Shown here one piece after another: positions 9,747 to 20,030 of a DNA stretch of 64,000 nucleotides. Origin of the DNA: an uncultured delta proteobacterium (GTDB lineage: Bacteria > Desulfobacterota > Desulfobacteria > Desulfobacterales > JAHEIW01). Below the pieces are notes generated by a model, which did not search any database, was not told where the DNA came from, and saw nothing but the letters and a program-made list of their open reading frames with translations. Position numbers and translations under genes: made by a program. Location of the stretch: assembly GCA_963706575.1 (NCBI GenBank), contig CAVPNL010000018.1:32001-96000 (forward strand), in the 5' to 3' direction. Every line of letters begins with the position of its first letter. Within the stretch, counting starts at the first letter, position 1.

Positions 9747-11009
9747 TTATTTTGAATCTGTGACTGGCTTTCTTAAATATAAAGACAGCACCATTCCCAT
9801 CAGCGAGATCACACCGGCAATCAGAAAGGGCAGCGTAAATGAACCACTGAGATCCGCAAGATACCCGCCAAGCGCCGGCCCCAGGGCCTGACCGATTCCG
9901 AAGAACAGGGTAATAAATCCCAGCCCGGCTGGCGCCAATCGCGGTCCCACAAAGTCACCGGCAGCTGCAGCCATAATAGTGGGAATGCTCCAGGCCGTCA
10001 GCCCGAACAAAATTGCAGACAGGTAAAATCCGAATGGAACCTTAATCAATGCATAGAGAATATAGGATAGTCCCAGCACAAGATACGCAAGTGCGGCACC
10101 ACGGCTTCTTCCGAGCACGTCCGATATCTTGCCCCAAATCACCCCGCAAAAAATGCTTAACCCGCCTACTAACGCCCACAAACCACCGGCCCATTCCTGA
10201 CTGAGGCCTATTTCTTTAACCAGATAAGCCGCAAAAAAAACCATATAAATAATGTAGGAAAGACCAAAGAAAAAATAAACAGCCCCCAGATACCAGACGG
10301 ATCCCATTTTTATAATGCCTTTAACGGTAACCGTCCACTTCGGGGCCGATACTTTTTCAGTTGCGGAGGAATCGCTCTGTGCCGCATCACTATTTTCAGA
10401 TCCAACCTGCTGGAGTCCCTTTTCCTGCGGGTTGCTGCGCACGAACTGAAAGACAACGCCGGATATCAGAAGTACGGCGCCGCCCAGTATGTACCAAGAA
10501 AACCGCCAGCCATTTGCGCCAAAGACGGATAAAATCGGCGGAACTGTCAGACCGGAGATGAGCGTACCGGCTCCGATTCCGGCTGAGACGATGCCGGTCG
10601 CAAAGCCCCTCTTTTTCATTGTAAACCAGGCCGAACCCAGAGCCATCGCCGGGACGAAGGCCGCACCATTGCCAAGGCCGGTCAACAGCCGCATGGCAAA
10701 GGCAAACTCAAATGATTGCGCTAAACCGGTCAGGATCATCGTGATTCCCATCAGTACTAAACCGGCCGTAATAACGATGCGCGTTCCAAAACGAGCAGCC
10801 AGAAATCCGCCAACAATGGCCATGGTCAGATAACCGATGAAATTACCGGTTCCCAGGAGCCCCAGCTGAGTGTAGTTAAAGCTCAGTCCGTCTTTCATGG
10901 CGGGCAGGATAATCGTATAGGACATCCGGCCGAACCCGTGGGCGGCAATGGTGGTCAGCAGCCCCATGAAGATGACAACCCAGCCGTAATGCAGCTTGCC
11001 TGCTTTCAT
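9747..11009 (-). CDS. MFS transporter (YbfB/YjiJ-like)
   Basis: About 12 hydrophobic segments; GFLAARFGTR and GKISDVLGRS motif-A-like loops. Confidence 0.88.
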   Translation of the reverse strand: MKAGKLHYGWVVIFMGLLTTIAAHGFGRMSYTIILPAMKDGLSFNYTQLGLLGTGNFIGYLTMAIVGGFLAARFGTRIVITAGLVLMGITMILTGLAQSFEFAFAMRLLTGLGNGAAFVPAMALGSAWFTMKKRGFATGIVSAGIGAGTLISGLTVPPILSVFGANGWRFSWYILGGAVLLISGVVFQFVRSNPQEKGLQQVGSENSDAAQSDSSATEKVSAPKWTVTVKGIIKMGSVWYLGAVYFFFGLSYIIYMVFFAAYLVKEIGLSQEWAGGLWALVGGLSIFCGVIWGKISDVLGRSRGAALAYLVLGLSYILYALIKVPFGFYLSAILFGLTAWSIPTIMAAAAGDFVGPRLAPAGLGFITLFFGIGQALGPALGGYLADLSGSFTLPFLIAGVISLMGMVLSLYLRKPVTDSK

Positions 11010-11103
11010 GTCTCTCCCCCCTGATCTGCAGTTGTGTGCTGACAGAATGTTTGTATTGCATTTCCTGATATGAAGTCAAAAGAAATGTGAGTTTAACTTT
11101 TTT

Positions 11104-11133
11104 TTGACAATCAGGTCGATTTCATTTTATTCT
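11104..11133 (+). promoter_or_regulatory. Putative sigma70 promoter for the sensor kinase
   Basis: TTGACA-N18-TATTCT just upstream of ATG 11142. Confidence 0.35.
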
Positions 11134-11141
11134 TAATAGTT

Positions 11142-14063
11142 ATGTTGAAATTCAAAAATAAAAAACGATTTTCAACCTATTTAATGACAGCCTTTGTCGT
11201 ACTGGTCAGCCTGTCGGTCGTTATTATCCTGGGGACAGTTTACCGGTATTTCGGCAAAAAAGTCGAGTCTGAATTTTATGAGAAATTACGGGCTCAAAAA
11301 GGCCAGGTTGAAATCATTTTAAATAACCGAATTTCAAGTATTATCAGTTTGCTAAATGATCTGGGATCCGACAATATCATCCGGGTTACCGTCATGCTGA
11401 ACACCACATCAAATCTTGAAGAGCGGATTACGCAAAATTATCCTTCAGGTAACGGGGTGTATCATTTTGTAAAAAAGGTGGGAGTAAAATCGATTGTTCC
11501 GCAAAAATACCCAGGGTTGTCTGAACAAATCATCAAATTTGTCATGACCGAATACCCGAATGGCGAGATGATACAAGACGGCGCCCACACAAGACTACTC
11601 TGGATTTTTTCAGCCCCTATCATGCATGAAACCGGTCGTATGGGGACCGCCTATGCCCTGTATGATATGATTCAGGATCAAAACCTTATGAATACCATTC
11701 AGCAAACCGTGGGGATCAACCTTGCGGTGAGCCAATCCGGTCAGTTAGTCAACCTGATCTCGCGCAAGGCCCTGCCGTTTGACCGGCAAACCCGGGAAAA
11801 TACGGCAAACCAGATCGGATTTGTTTTGTTTGACCAGAACCATATACTTTCTAAAATTAGTGAATTCAAGAATCTGTATTTTCAGTCTTCTCTGGAAAGC
11901 CTAATTCAAGAGCAAAAAAGAGTCACCCTTTGGATTGGCTTATTCTCCATTGTTATTCTGGCCGTATCTACTTTGATGGCTGTTTTTTTAGCAAGAAAAA
12001 TGGTTGAACCGCTGCAGAAAATGACCCATAAGGCCATTCAGATATCGGAAGGCCAAACAAATCTTCTTTTTGAAAATAACCGTCGAGATTATTGGGAATT
12101 TAACCAACTCTCGGAGGCCTTCAATTATATGATAACCAACTTGAAGGACGCCGAAGAGCAAACACGATATAAGGAATTGCTGGAAAACGTGGATGATGCC
12201 GTTTACATCATGGATCTAAACGGAAACATTCTGGAAGCCAATGAATCTGCTTACGCACCACTCGGTTATCGGCCTGAGATGTTTTTTGAACTCAATTTAA
12301 ATAAAATTATTCCTGAAAATGATGCGAATTTAATTCTTTACCAGGTCGTGGAGAAGGCCCAGTTACAACCTCAACCCAGAATAAATCTTGAAACCTTTCA
12401 CATTAAGAAAAATGGCACAAAGATCCCCGTTGAAATTCATTCGAGGGCAATTCGCTACCGGGGTAAACAAGTCATTTTGAATGTCGCCCGGGATATCAGC
12501 AAACGCACCGAGGCTGAAAAAGCACTTAGAGAAAGTGAAGAGCGATACCGATCCGTTGTCGAGAATTCTAGAGATGGAATCGTAATTCTCGACACCGATT
12601 TGAAAATTCTTTTCGCAAATGAGCGATTTTGCGAGATTTTGGGCCGTCCGCGTACTGAGATCCAGGGCCGTGATGTTATAAAATACCTGGAGCCTTCCGA
12701 ACACGGCAATATCGAAAGACATTTTCGGAAAATACAAAAGGGGGAAAAACTGAATTCCGGGCCGGTCTGCACTATCATACGCGACACCGGTGAGGCGCGG
12801 TCCGTTAAAATCAGTGCGAACCGCTTTCAGGACTTGAGTGAAAAAGAAAGAATCGTAAGCCAGATCTCGGATATCACCGATCAGTTACGTGCCGAAAACG
12901 AAAAACAACACCTTGAGGCCCAGTTAATGCATGCGCAAAAGATGGAAGCCATTGGCACTCTGGCGGGCGGGATTGCCCATGATTTCAACAATATTCTGAT
13001 GGGTATTCAGGGCTATCTATCATTAATGCGCCTGGGCACGGATTCCGACGACGCGAAAGATGATCAGCATGGCAAATATATACAGGGTATTGAAGATAAT
13101 GTCATGAGCGCAGCAAATCTAACCGAACAGCTGTTGGGATTTGCCAGAAAAGGAAAATATACCCTGCGCCTCACCTGTCTCAACGACATCATCGAAAGAA
13201 GTACCCATATGTTTATGCGTACCAAAAAAGAAATTACCTTACATAAAAGATACCAGGAAGATATCTGGAATGTTGAAGTGGATCAGGGACAAATTGAACA
13301 GGTGCTGATCAATCTTTACTTAAACGCCTGGCACGCCATGCCGGAGGGTGGTGACCTGTATATTCAAACGGAAAATGTTGCTCTCAGTGATGCACACTGT
13401 AAACCATTTGAGGTCGAGGGCGGCAATTATATAAAGCTTTCCGTGACAGACAGCGGCATCGGAATGGACCAAGATACCATCGGTCGGATTTTCGAACCCT
13501 TTTTCACGACCAAAGAAATCGGTAAGGGAACCGGTTTGGGGCTGGCTTCCGCATATGGAATCATCAAAAACCATAAGGGCATCATCCGCGTCTATAGTGA
13601 GCAAGGTCATGGAACCACATTCGTTATCTACCTGCCTGCATCTCAGGCCGAAGAAAAAGACGAATCACAAATAGATTATACAATAACAAAAGGCACAGAG
13701 CAGATTCTGCTTGTCGACGACGAGGAAGGGCCGATTCAGGTCGAAAAACTCATGCTGAAAGAATTGGGATACCGTGTTATGACGGCCGCAAGCGGCAGGG
13801 AAGCCATCGATATTTATGCCGAACATACCGATACAGTGGATTTAATTGCGCTGGATATGATCATGCCCGAGATGAACGGCAGAACCACCTTCGAGGAACT
13901 GAAAAAAATAAATGCTGATGTTAGGGTTTTACTGGTAAGCGGTTACAGCCTGAACAAACAGGTGGAAGAGATGCTCGAGCTGGGTTGTAATGGATTTATT
14001 CAAAAACCGTTTGACATAATCGAACTGTCCCGGACCCTGAGGGGTGTCTTTGATGGCGAATAG
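11142..14063 (+). CDS. Membrane hybrid histidine kinase (2 TM, HAMP, 2 PAS, HisKA, HATPase, receiver)
   Basis: H-box GIAHDFNNIL, N-box NLYLNAWHAM, DSGIGM, FFTTKEIGKGTGLGL; receiver LVDDE...LDMIMPEMNG...KPF. Confidence 0.95.
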   Translation: MLKFKNKKRFSTYLMTAFVVLVSLSVVIILGTVYRYFGKKVESEFYEKLRAQKGQVEIILNNRISSIISLLNDLGSDNIIRVTVMLNTTSNLEERITQNYPSGNGVYHFVKKVGVKSIVPQKYPGLSEQIIKFVMTEYPNGEMIQDGAHTRLLWIFSAPIMHETGRMGTAYALYDMIQDQNLMNTIQQTVGINLAVSQSGQLVNLISRKALPFDRQTRENTANQIGFVLFDQNHILSKISEFKNLYFQSSLESLIQEQKRVTLWIGLFSIVILAVSTLMAVFLARKMVEPLQKMTHKAIQISEGQTNLLFENNRRDYWEFNQLSEAFNYMITNLKDAEEQTRYKELLENVDDAVYIMDLNGNILEANESAYAPLGYRPEMFFELNLNKIIPENDANLILYQVVEKAQLQPQPRINLETFHIKKNGTKIPVEIHSRAIRYRGKQVILNVARDISKRTEAEKALRESEERYRSVVENSRDGIVILDTDLKILFANERFCEILGRPRTEIQGRDVIKYLEPSEHGNIERHFRKIQKGEKLNSGPVCTIIRDTGEARSVKISANRFQDLSEKERIVSQISDITDQLRAENEKQHLEAQLMHAQKMEAIGTLAGGIAHDFNNILMGIQGYLSLMRLGTDSDDAKDDQHGKYIQGIEDNVMSAANLTEQLLGFARKGKYTLRLTCLNDIIERSTHMFMRTKKEITLHKRYQEDIWNVEVDQGQIEQVLINLYLNAWHAMPEGGDLYIQTENVALSDAHCKPFEVEGGNYIKLSVTDSGIGMDQDTIGRIFEPFFTTKEIGKGTGLGLASAYGIIKNHKGIIRVYSEQGHGTTFVIYLPASQAEEKDESQIDYTITKGTEQILLVDDEEGPIQVEKLMLKELGYRVMTAASGREAIDIYAEHTDTVDLIALDMIMPEMNGRTTFEELKKINADVRVLLVSGYSLNKQVEEMLELGCNGFIQKPFDIIELSRTLRGVFDGE

Positions 14064-14157
14064 CGCTGCCGGCAATCCGGCTGAGTCGGACAAGGCACTC
14101 AGGGGCAAAGGCGAATAATCCACGTTGATTTTGTGATATTTTCGAGGGAAAGCTTTT

Positions 14158-14967
14158 TCACTTTGATGAAGGGCCGAGAATAATTTCAATGCGCCGGTTC
14201 TGGCGGCGTCCTTCCCTATTTTTATTGGGCGCAACCGGCCGATAAAAGCTGTATCCGTGCGCCGAAAGCCTTTCAGGCTGCAATCGGCCCTCTTTTTGAA
14301 GAAATCGGACCACCGCCGCCGCCCGGGCGACAGATAATTCCCAGTTGCTCGGAAATTTTTGCTTTAAGGCTGGACCTAAAGGCAGATTGTCTGTATGTCC
14401 TTCGACCAGTATGCTTTCATCGTTGTGCCCTCTGACGGTTTCGGCCATAATCAGCAACAACTGCTTGCCTTTTTCATTAATCTCAACACTGCCTGAATCA
14501 AAAAGAATTTTATCGATGAAGACAACCTTGAGGGTGTCTTCCATTTCCACGATTTCGATGTCCTGGGCGGCAATCTCATCTTTTAGGCTGGTTGCGATGG
14601 TCTTTTTGGTGTCATCCAGTAGGCGAATGACTTTATCCTGAAGCTTTATTACGGATTTCTTTTTTTTAAGATCGTTGTTGAGTTGCTCGACGTTTTGCGA
14701 AAGCCGCAAATTGATATTCTTAAGGTAGGTGTTCTCTGCTTTCAGGTCAGCCAGTTCTGTGTTACAGCTTTTTTGGGTTTGTTCGAGTTGAACCAATTGG
14801 GCATCAAGACTTTTAATCTTTTCCTGGGCCTCGTACAGTTCAATCCGGACATGCTTTAGTTCCGTATTCAGCAAAGCGTTTTGATCCTGCAGCTGCGGAT
14901 CGGATACGCAGGCCGTCAGCAGGAGAATAGCCAAACTCAAAACGCTGAGAAAACGCTTATTGCCCAT
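14158..14967 (-). CDS. OmpA/MotB-family lipoprotein with coiled coil
   Basis: Lipobox LTAC; LFDSGS, VEGHTDN, NWELSVARA, NRRIEI. Confidence 0.88.
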   Translation of the reverse strand: MGNKRFLSVLSLAILLLTACVSDPQLQDQNALLNTELKHVRIELYEAQEKIKSLDAQLVQLEQTQKSCNTELADLKAENTYLKNINLRLSQNVEQLNNDLKKKKSVIKLQDKVIRLLDDTKKTIATSLKDEIAAQDIEIVEMEDTLKVVFIDKILFDSGSVEINEKGKQLLLIMAETVRGHNDESILVEGHTDNLPLGPALKQKFPSNWELSVARAAAVVRFLQKEGRLQPERLSAHGYSFYRPVAPNKNREGRRQNRRIEIILGPSSK

Positions 14968-14980
14968 TAGGTGATTTCCG

Positions 14981-15135
14981 TTTTGGTAATTAGTGTTTGG
15001 TATTTAGTTTTTAGTGTTTGGTATGAATATTTGATTTTATATCAGTTTGTTAGAATTCTAAACACTAAACGCCAAATACTAAACACTCTCGTAAAAAAAA
15101 AATTGTTTTCTGATTTTTTTTTCGAGACAACAATC
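14981..15135. mobile_element. Second, degenerate copy of the 5702-5880 element (left TIR lost)
   Basis: Shared run GTGTTTGGTATGAA...TGTTAGAAT.CTAAACACTAAA...CTCGTAAAAA...TTTTCTGA.TTTTT.CGAGA. Confidence 0.7.
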
Positions 15136-15185
15136 TTTATTTATATCAAAATTTTCGTAATTTTCATAATTTTATTTCTTGGGTT

Positions 15186-16487
15186 TTACATCGGGGCATT
15201 AAAAGATTGTGCATAGCCGGTAAGCTCAACGTAGCCCGACCCTTTTACCGGATGTTTCCCGACCGAACCGTTTATTGAAATGCTGCCCTCCCAATATGTC
15301 ACGCCGGTGGTTGCTTGCGTCCGCATTTCCTGATCCGATAGGTTGGCCTTTGCGGTTAATTGAATCGCCAATGGAAAAACGGCGAGTCGCCAGTGCACCG
15401 GATACACGGCTTGGGAACGGGGACTTTCCCAGGAATTCAGGACATCTACCCTGAAATCGTCTTTTGTCAAATGTCGTGGATTCCCGGAACTGTCGATAAA
15501 CGTCCCGCTGGAGGCCTGGCTGAAGTGCCCCTCCTCAGTCCGCAACAGAAAAAGCATAATCTCGGTTTGATCGGAAAGTTGCAGGCTGAACCAATCCCAC
15601 CCAATAATTCCCGGCTCCAGGAGTGCCGTACTGAACTCGTGATCCATCCAACTTGAGCCTCTAACCGCAATCGTATTTCCGCCAAGCGTTAAAGACCCCT
15701 CGGTTTTCAATCGCGGAAACGAATAATAACAACTGGCACGTTCAGGGGTTGAACCTTTGCGGCTGTATCCCCTCTCACCATGTAAAACAGGCGGCTTAGC
15801 GGGTTTCAGCGTCAGCTGGTAGGAAAAATCATCGGTTGCTGTTTTGAGCAGATGTCGGTCCGCTTCTATTTTAGCCGACCAGTTTTTGATAAAAATCAGG
15901 GTATCCATCTCTTCTTGAGATACCCCTGCCATTCCCAGAGTTCCCCGGGCCATCAATTCGGATTGCAGATGCCTTTTATTAAAAATATCTGTAATGGCCG
16001 CATGTCCAAGATAAATTTGCCGGGTGCGCCAAGCTGAAGAGGGGCGTGGCCAACGCTTCTCATCAGCCGGGGCAGTTATCTGACTTCGGAAAAACGTCAG
16101 CTGAAAACCATATCGATTGCCGGTTTCAGCTTCAAGATTACCGGTATAATACCACCATTCGGTACGATAACCCGAATGGGATCCGTGATCTTTTGGAAAA
16201 ACCAGATTGCAGGGCCCGGTCACTGATAAAAAATCAGGTTGATCCTTTGCAATCGCATTATCACCAGCAGCAGTGTTGATCAGAAATAGACAAAGAAACA
16301 CAAAAGCAACTTTTAGGGATAATTCAAAGCTCAGAAAGTTTTTTCCGCCATGCCCGCGTATGCGGGCATCCAGGCCTCGTCGCCGCACAGGCGGAGATCC
16401 AAATATAAAAACACTGGATTCCCGCCTTCGCGGGAATGGCAAGCTTGGAATAAAGAAATTCACTGGCACCTCGGATGATTGTTGCAT
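15186..16487 (-). CDS. Lipocalin-like / CrtC-hydratase family secreted protein (AttH-like)
   Basis: FPKDHGSH..YRTEWWYYTG, YYSFPRL, WMDHEFS, GWDWFSLQL, YWEG, GYVELTGY; start uncertain. Confidence 0.88.
   Translation of the reverse strand: MQQSSEVPVNFFIPSLPFPRRRESSVFIFGSPPVRRRGLDARIRGHGGKNFLSFELSLKVAFVFLCLFLINTAAGDNAIAKDQPDFLSVTGPCNLVFPKDHGSHSGYRTEWWYYTGNLEAETGNRYGFQLTFFRSQITAPADEKRWPRPSSAWRTRQIYLGHAAITDIFNKRHLQSELMARGTLGMAGVSQEEMDTLIFIKNWSAKIEADRHLLKTATDDFSYQLTLKPAKPPVLHGERGYSRKGSTPERASCYYSFPRLKTEGSLTLGGNTIAVRGSSWMDHEFSTALLEPGIIGWDWFSLQLSDQTEIMLFLLRTEEGHFSQASSGTFIDSSGNPRHLTKDDFRVDVLNSWESPRSQAVYPVHWRLAVFPLAIQLTAKANLSDQEMRTQATTGVTYWEGSISINGSVGKHPVKGSGYVELTGYAQSFNAPM
16347..16440. repeat. Inverted pair of ATTCCC-N8-GGGAAT-type REP palindromes inside the 5' end of the lipocalin ORF
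   Basis: 16347-16373 matches the reverse complement of 16414-16440 at 23/27 nt. Confidence 0.8.
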
Positions 16488-16527
16488 GAAAACCTCTGCG
16501 AACTCTGCGTCTCTGCGGTGAATAAAG

Positions 16528-19116
16528 TCATCTTTCCCTTAAAAGCGTTGCCGGCGGTTGTCGGAAAACCATCTTTACGGCCGGCAGCGCTGCGGCAAGG
16601 GCCGTTATGATAATCAATGGAATCGACAAGCCCAATGAGCCCCAGTCAACACCGTATAAAAAGGTCCAGCCGAACGATTGGCGATTAATCACGTAAACCA
16701 GCAGATACGACAGAATAAAGCCGCAGACAACCCCGGCCACTTCTCCGATGATCACCATAAAACCAGCCTCCCAGAATATCATCGTACGAATCTGCCGAAA
16801 ACTCGCACCGACCGCAAACAGAGTGTTTAGCTGCTGAGAACGCTCAAGCACCATTACCGTTAAGGTTGTGGCAATCCCCAGGGCAGCAATCACCAGGGCA
16901 ATTAGAAGTAAAACCGTTGTCACAGCAAATGTTTCGTCAAAAATTCTCAAAACAGCGCTGCGCAGTCCCTTACCGCTGTACATATCGACTTTGTCTCCCA
17001 TGCGGTCAATAATTTCATTGCGGAGTTTTGCGACCGCCAGGTCCAAATCCTGGGATCGGTCTTTGAAAAAAAAACGCAATCCGCCCCAGTAGGTTTGATG
17101 ATACTGCGCATTAAAATGCGGCATGGAGTAAAAAACCACACCACCTCGCGTTCGATAATCACGAACAATTCCTAAAATCGGCAGTTCAACATAGGATTCC
17201 TTGATTTGGGCTTCGAAAACATCGCCGACGGTTAAACCGGTGCGATTTGAGAATACCTCTGAAACAATAACGCCCTGACCGCCCTTAAGCATGGGACGGA
17301 TTTTATCCGCGTCTCCCTTCAGCCAGAAAAAGGACGCGTATTGCATAAATTTCTGGATGTCCAGCAGCTCAAACTCATAGGGAAATTTCCCATAGTTTAA
17401 GAAAAACCGCCGATTGGGTAAAATATCCACTTCGGATGTAAAATCCTGCAGATTGTCAATAATCTGCTGCGAAATGGGATATTGAAAGCGATTTATCTCT
17501 CCCATTTTGGAGGTTAAGAATAAGTCCCCTTTGATGGTCTCGTAGGTCCAGTATTCCACTGTCTGGCGAAAGCTGTAAATCATAATAACCAGAGCTGCAA
17601 ATAAGGCCACAGCGGTAATCAGGGCGCCGACCGAGACCGCCGTACGTGTCCCACTGTCTCGAATATGGCGGCTGGCGAGGTAAGCCGGTATGCCGGCCCG
17701 CCGTAGCAACAGAGATGAAAATCGATCGCTGATTCTTTGAATAGCCCAGGGTGCCAGCAGCGAAAAACCGACAAAGAGCAGCAAAATAGCCAAATAGCCG
17801 GGCAGCGGCATATCCAGAACTGCCGGAAGCCGGGATAAAGGCATCACCAACAGGATACAGATAAGCCCGCCAAGGGCAAGCTGGCGGGGTGATTTTCCGG
17901 GCCGCATACCCAGCTGAGAAATCTCCAGCGCTTCTTTAGGGGGTACCTGCATTGCCTCTCGGGCGGGTTGATAGGCCGCTAATATTGAGATGCCGACGGT
18001 GACAGCAAAACTGAAACTAATTTCAAAAATACTGAGAGAAAGCGTTTCCACCTGCACGCGCACAAAAAGGGTGGAGATGGTTTGACTCACGCCTTGCAGC
18101 AAATATTTAATCAGAAAATTGCCAAGGGGGATGGCCGCCAGCCAACCGGTGATCCCCAGAAAAGCACCCTCAGCCAAAAAGATAAAAAAAATGTGGTAGG
18201 CAGAGGCACCGGTGGACCGTAAAATCGCCAATTCATGACGACGGGAGGCCGCATTTAAGGCCACCAGACTGTAAACCAGAAACATTCCGACAAACAAAGA
18301 AGCAAAACTCAAAATGGAAAGATTGAGTTGGTAGGCCCTGATCATCATCTGCCCGCTTTCGCGCGTGGCGGTGGGCGGATTTAGCTGAATACTTGCAGGC
18401 AGCATTTGACGGATATCGGCAAGATCCTTTGGAGTGGCAAAAGGTTTCAGCTTCAAATCGATTCGATCCACTTTACCAAAAAGTCCGGTGAATTCCTGAA
18501 AAGTCGCAATATCAGTCAGCGCGATCCTGCCCCCTTCTGCCAGCGCCAGACCTTCCGGCTCCAGTTTCCCGATGATTTCAAAGTTTGACCTTTGGCGGAC
18601 ATGCTCAAGAAGCAACTGATCTCCCGGTTCCCGATTTAGCAGGCGCGTCAAAGGTTCGCTTAAAATTATCGTGTCGGGTTCTTTTAACAGATCAAACCAT
18701 ACAACGGCTTTTGGGTCCGTTGTCGGGGCAATCCGCCAGCTGCGCAGGGGACGATCCAGGATAGGATCAAACCCGATGAGAAGAAAAGGTTCTGAGCCGG
18801 CTTGGGCAATGCGGGTATAAGTGGACAAAACCGGGGATACATTTTGGATAGCCCGATGATTCCACAGATGGGTGATCAGATTTTCGGGCACATGTCCACC
18901 GGGCCGGGTTATGACATAATCGGCCTGACCGGCAATCAGATCCATGCTTTTGGCAAATGAATCCAGCGAAGCATTAACCGAAAGACGTACACTGCTAAAA
19001 ACGGCCGCACCCAAAGCAATCCCCAAGAGCACTGTTGCAATCCGCCCCATGTGTTTGCGCATATCCCGCAGGCTGAACCAGATAAAGAGGCGCAAAAAGA
19101 AAAATAAATTTCTCAT
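16528..19116 (-). CDS. FtsX/MacB-like double ABC permease (AttF/G-like)
   Basis: Two FtsX-type halves; RRHELAILRSTGA and INRQSFGW. Confidence 0.9.
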   Translation of the reverse strand: MRNLFFFLRLFIWFSLRDMRKHMGRIATVLLGIALGAAVFSSVRLSVNASLDSFAKSMDLIAGQADYVITRPGGHVPENLITHLWNHRAIQNVSPVLSTYTRIAQAGSEPFLLIGFDPILDRPLRSWRIAPTTDPKAVVWFDLLKEPDTIILSEPLTRLLNREPGDQLLLEHVRQRSNFEIIGKLEPEGLALAEGGRIALTDIATFQEFTGLFGKVDRIDLKLKPFATPKDLADIRQMLPASIQLNPPTATRESGQMMIRAYQLNLSILSFASLFVGMFLVYSLVALNAASRRHELAILRSTGASAYHIFFIFLAEGAFLGITGWLAAIPLGNFLIKYLLQGVSQTISTLFVRVQVETLSLSIFEISFSFAVTVGISILAAYQPAREAMQVPPKEALEISQLGMRPGKSPRQLALGGLICILLVMPLSRLPAVLDMPLPGYLAILLLFVGFSLLAPWAIQRISDRFSSLLLRRAGIPAYLASRHIRDSGTRTAVSVGALITAVALFAALVIMIYSFRQTVEYWTYETIKGDLFLTSKMGEINRFQYPISQQIIDNLQDFTSEVDILPNRRFFLNYGKFPYEFELLDIQKFMQYASFFWLKGDADKIRPMLKGGQGVIVSEVFSNRTGLTVGDVFEAQIKESYVELPILGIVRDYRTRGGVVFYSMPHFNAQYHQTYWGGLRFFFKDRSQDLDLAVAKLRNEIIDRMGDKVDMYSGKGLRSAVLRIFDETFAVTTVLLLIALVIAALGIATTLTVMVLERSQQLNTLFAVGASFRQIRTMIFWEAGFMVIIGEVAGVVCGFILSYLLVYVINRQSFGWTFLYGVDWGSLGLSIPLIIITALAAALPAVKMVFRQPPATLLRER

Positions 19117-19814
19117 GGGCGGTCCGTAAGCATACCGTCTTTAAGACCAATTTTGACCGAAGCCATTTCATCCGCAAGGGTGCTGTGGGTCGCAATCAAA
19201 ACGGTGCGATTCCATTTTCGATTCAGCTCGGCCAGCAAATCCATAACGATTTGCCCATTGCGGCTATCAAGGTTTCCGGTGGGCTCATCGGCTAAAATAA
19301 TCGCCGGATCATTGATAAGGGCTCTGGCAATGGCCGTGCGTTGCATCTCCCCGCCGGAAAGTTGTGCCGGAAGGTGATTTAAACGCGTATCAAGCTCTAA
19401 CCATTCAAGAAGCGCCATGGCTTTGGGTCGAATTTCAGCAATCGATTTGCCGGCCAGGAGAGCCGGCAGACAGATGTTTTCAAGGGCAGTTAAGGTCGGC
19501 AGCAAATTAAAAGACTGAAAAATCATGCCGACAATCTGCCGACGAAAGTGGGTCAATTGGCTATCGGATGTCTTGTTCAAGTCATGGCGGGCGACGATCA
19601 GTTCACCCCGGGAGGGCCGATCCAGGCCCGCCAGCAATGAAAGCAAGGTACTTTTACCGGAACCGCTGTTGCCCTTGAGCACCACCAGTTCACCCCCTGC
19701 GATTTCAAGATCAACCAGGTTAATCCCGACGACCTCGCTGTCACCCAATTTGTAGATGCGGGTTAAACCTTTGGCCGAGATTACGGGTTGTGGCTTCTCA
19801 GAGACCATAGTCAT
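19113..19814 (-). CDS. ABC transporter ATP-binding protein (LolD/MacB-like)
   Basis: GNSGSGKST, LSGGEMQR, ADEPTGNLD. Confidence 0.93.
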   Translation of the reverse strand: MTMVSEKPQPVISAKGLTRIYKLGDSEVVGINLVDLEIAGGELVVLKGNSGSGKSTLLSLLAGLDRPSRGELIVARHDLNKTSDSQLTHFRRQIVGMIFQSFNLLPTLTALENICLPALLAGKSIAEIRPKAMALLEWLELDTRLNHLPAQLSGGEMQRTAIARALINDPAIILADEPTGNLDSRNGQIVMDLLAELNRKWNRTVLIATHSTLADEMASVKIGLKDGMLTDRP

Positions 19815-19860
19815 TAAACCGTTTAGTGCTCTAATTGAGCCAAATCTGTTCAATAAAAAG

Positions 19861-20030
19861 TTAATTGTTATTTGTTATTCGTTATTAGAGTTCGACGATC
19901 ACCTCGCCTATGAATTCGATGAATGGTTATCTAATAAAAAGAGATTTTATTCCGCCGACCGATTAACCAATAACAAATTACCAGTATCAAATAACGACCG
20001 ATGGAGTTAAAACTCCATCGGTCGTTATTT
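19861..20030. repeat. Inverted heptamer array (TTGTTAT ... ATAACAA) followed by a 20-bp perfect inverted repeat at 19989-20030
   Basis: AAATAACGACCGATGGAGTT-AA-AACTCCATCGGTCGTTATTT, overlapping the HD gene stop codon. Confidence 0.85.
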
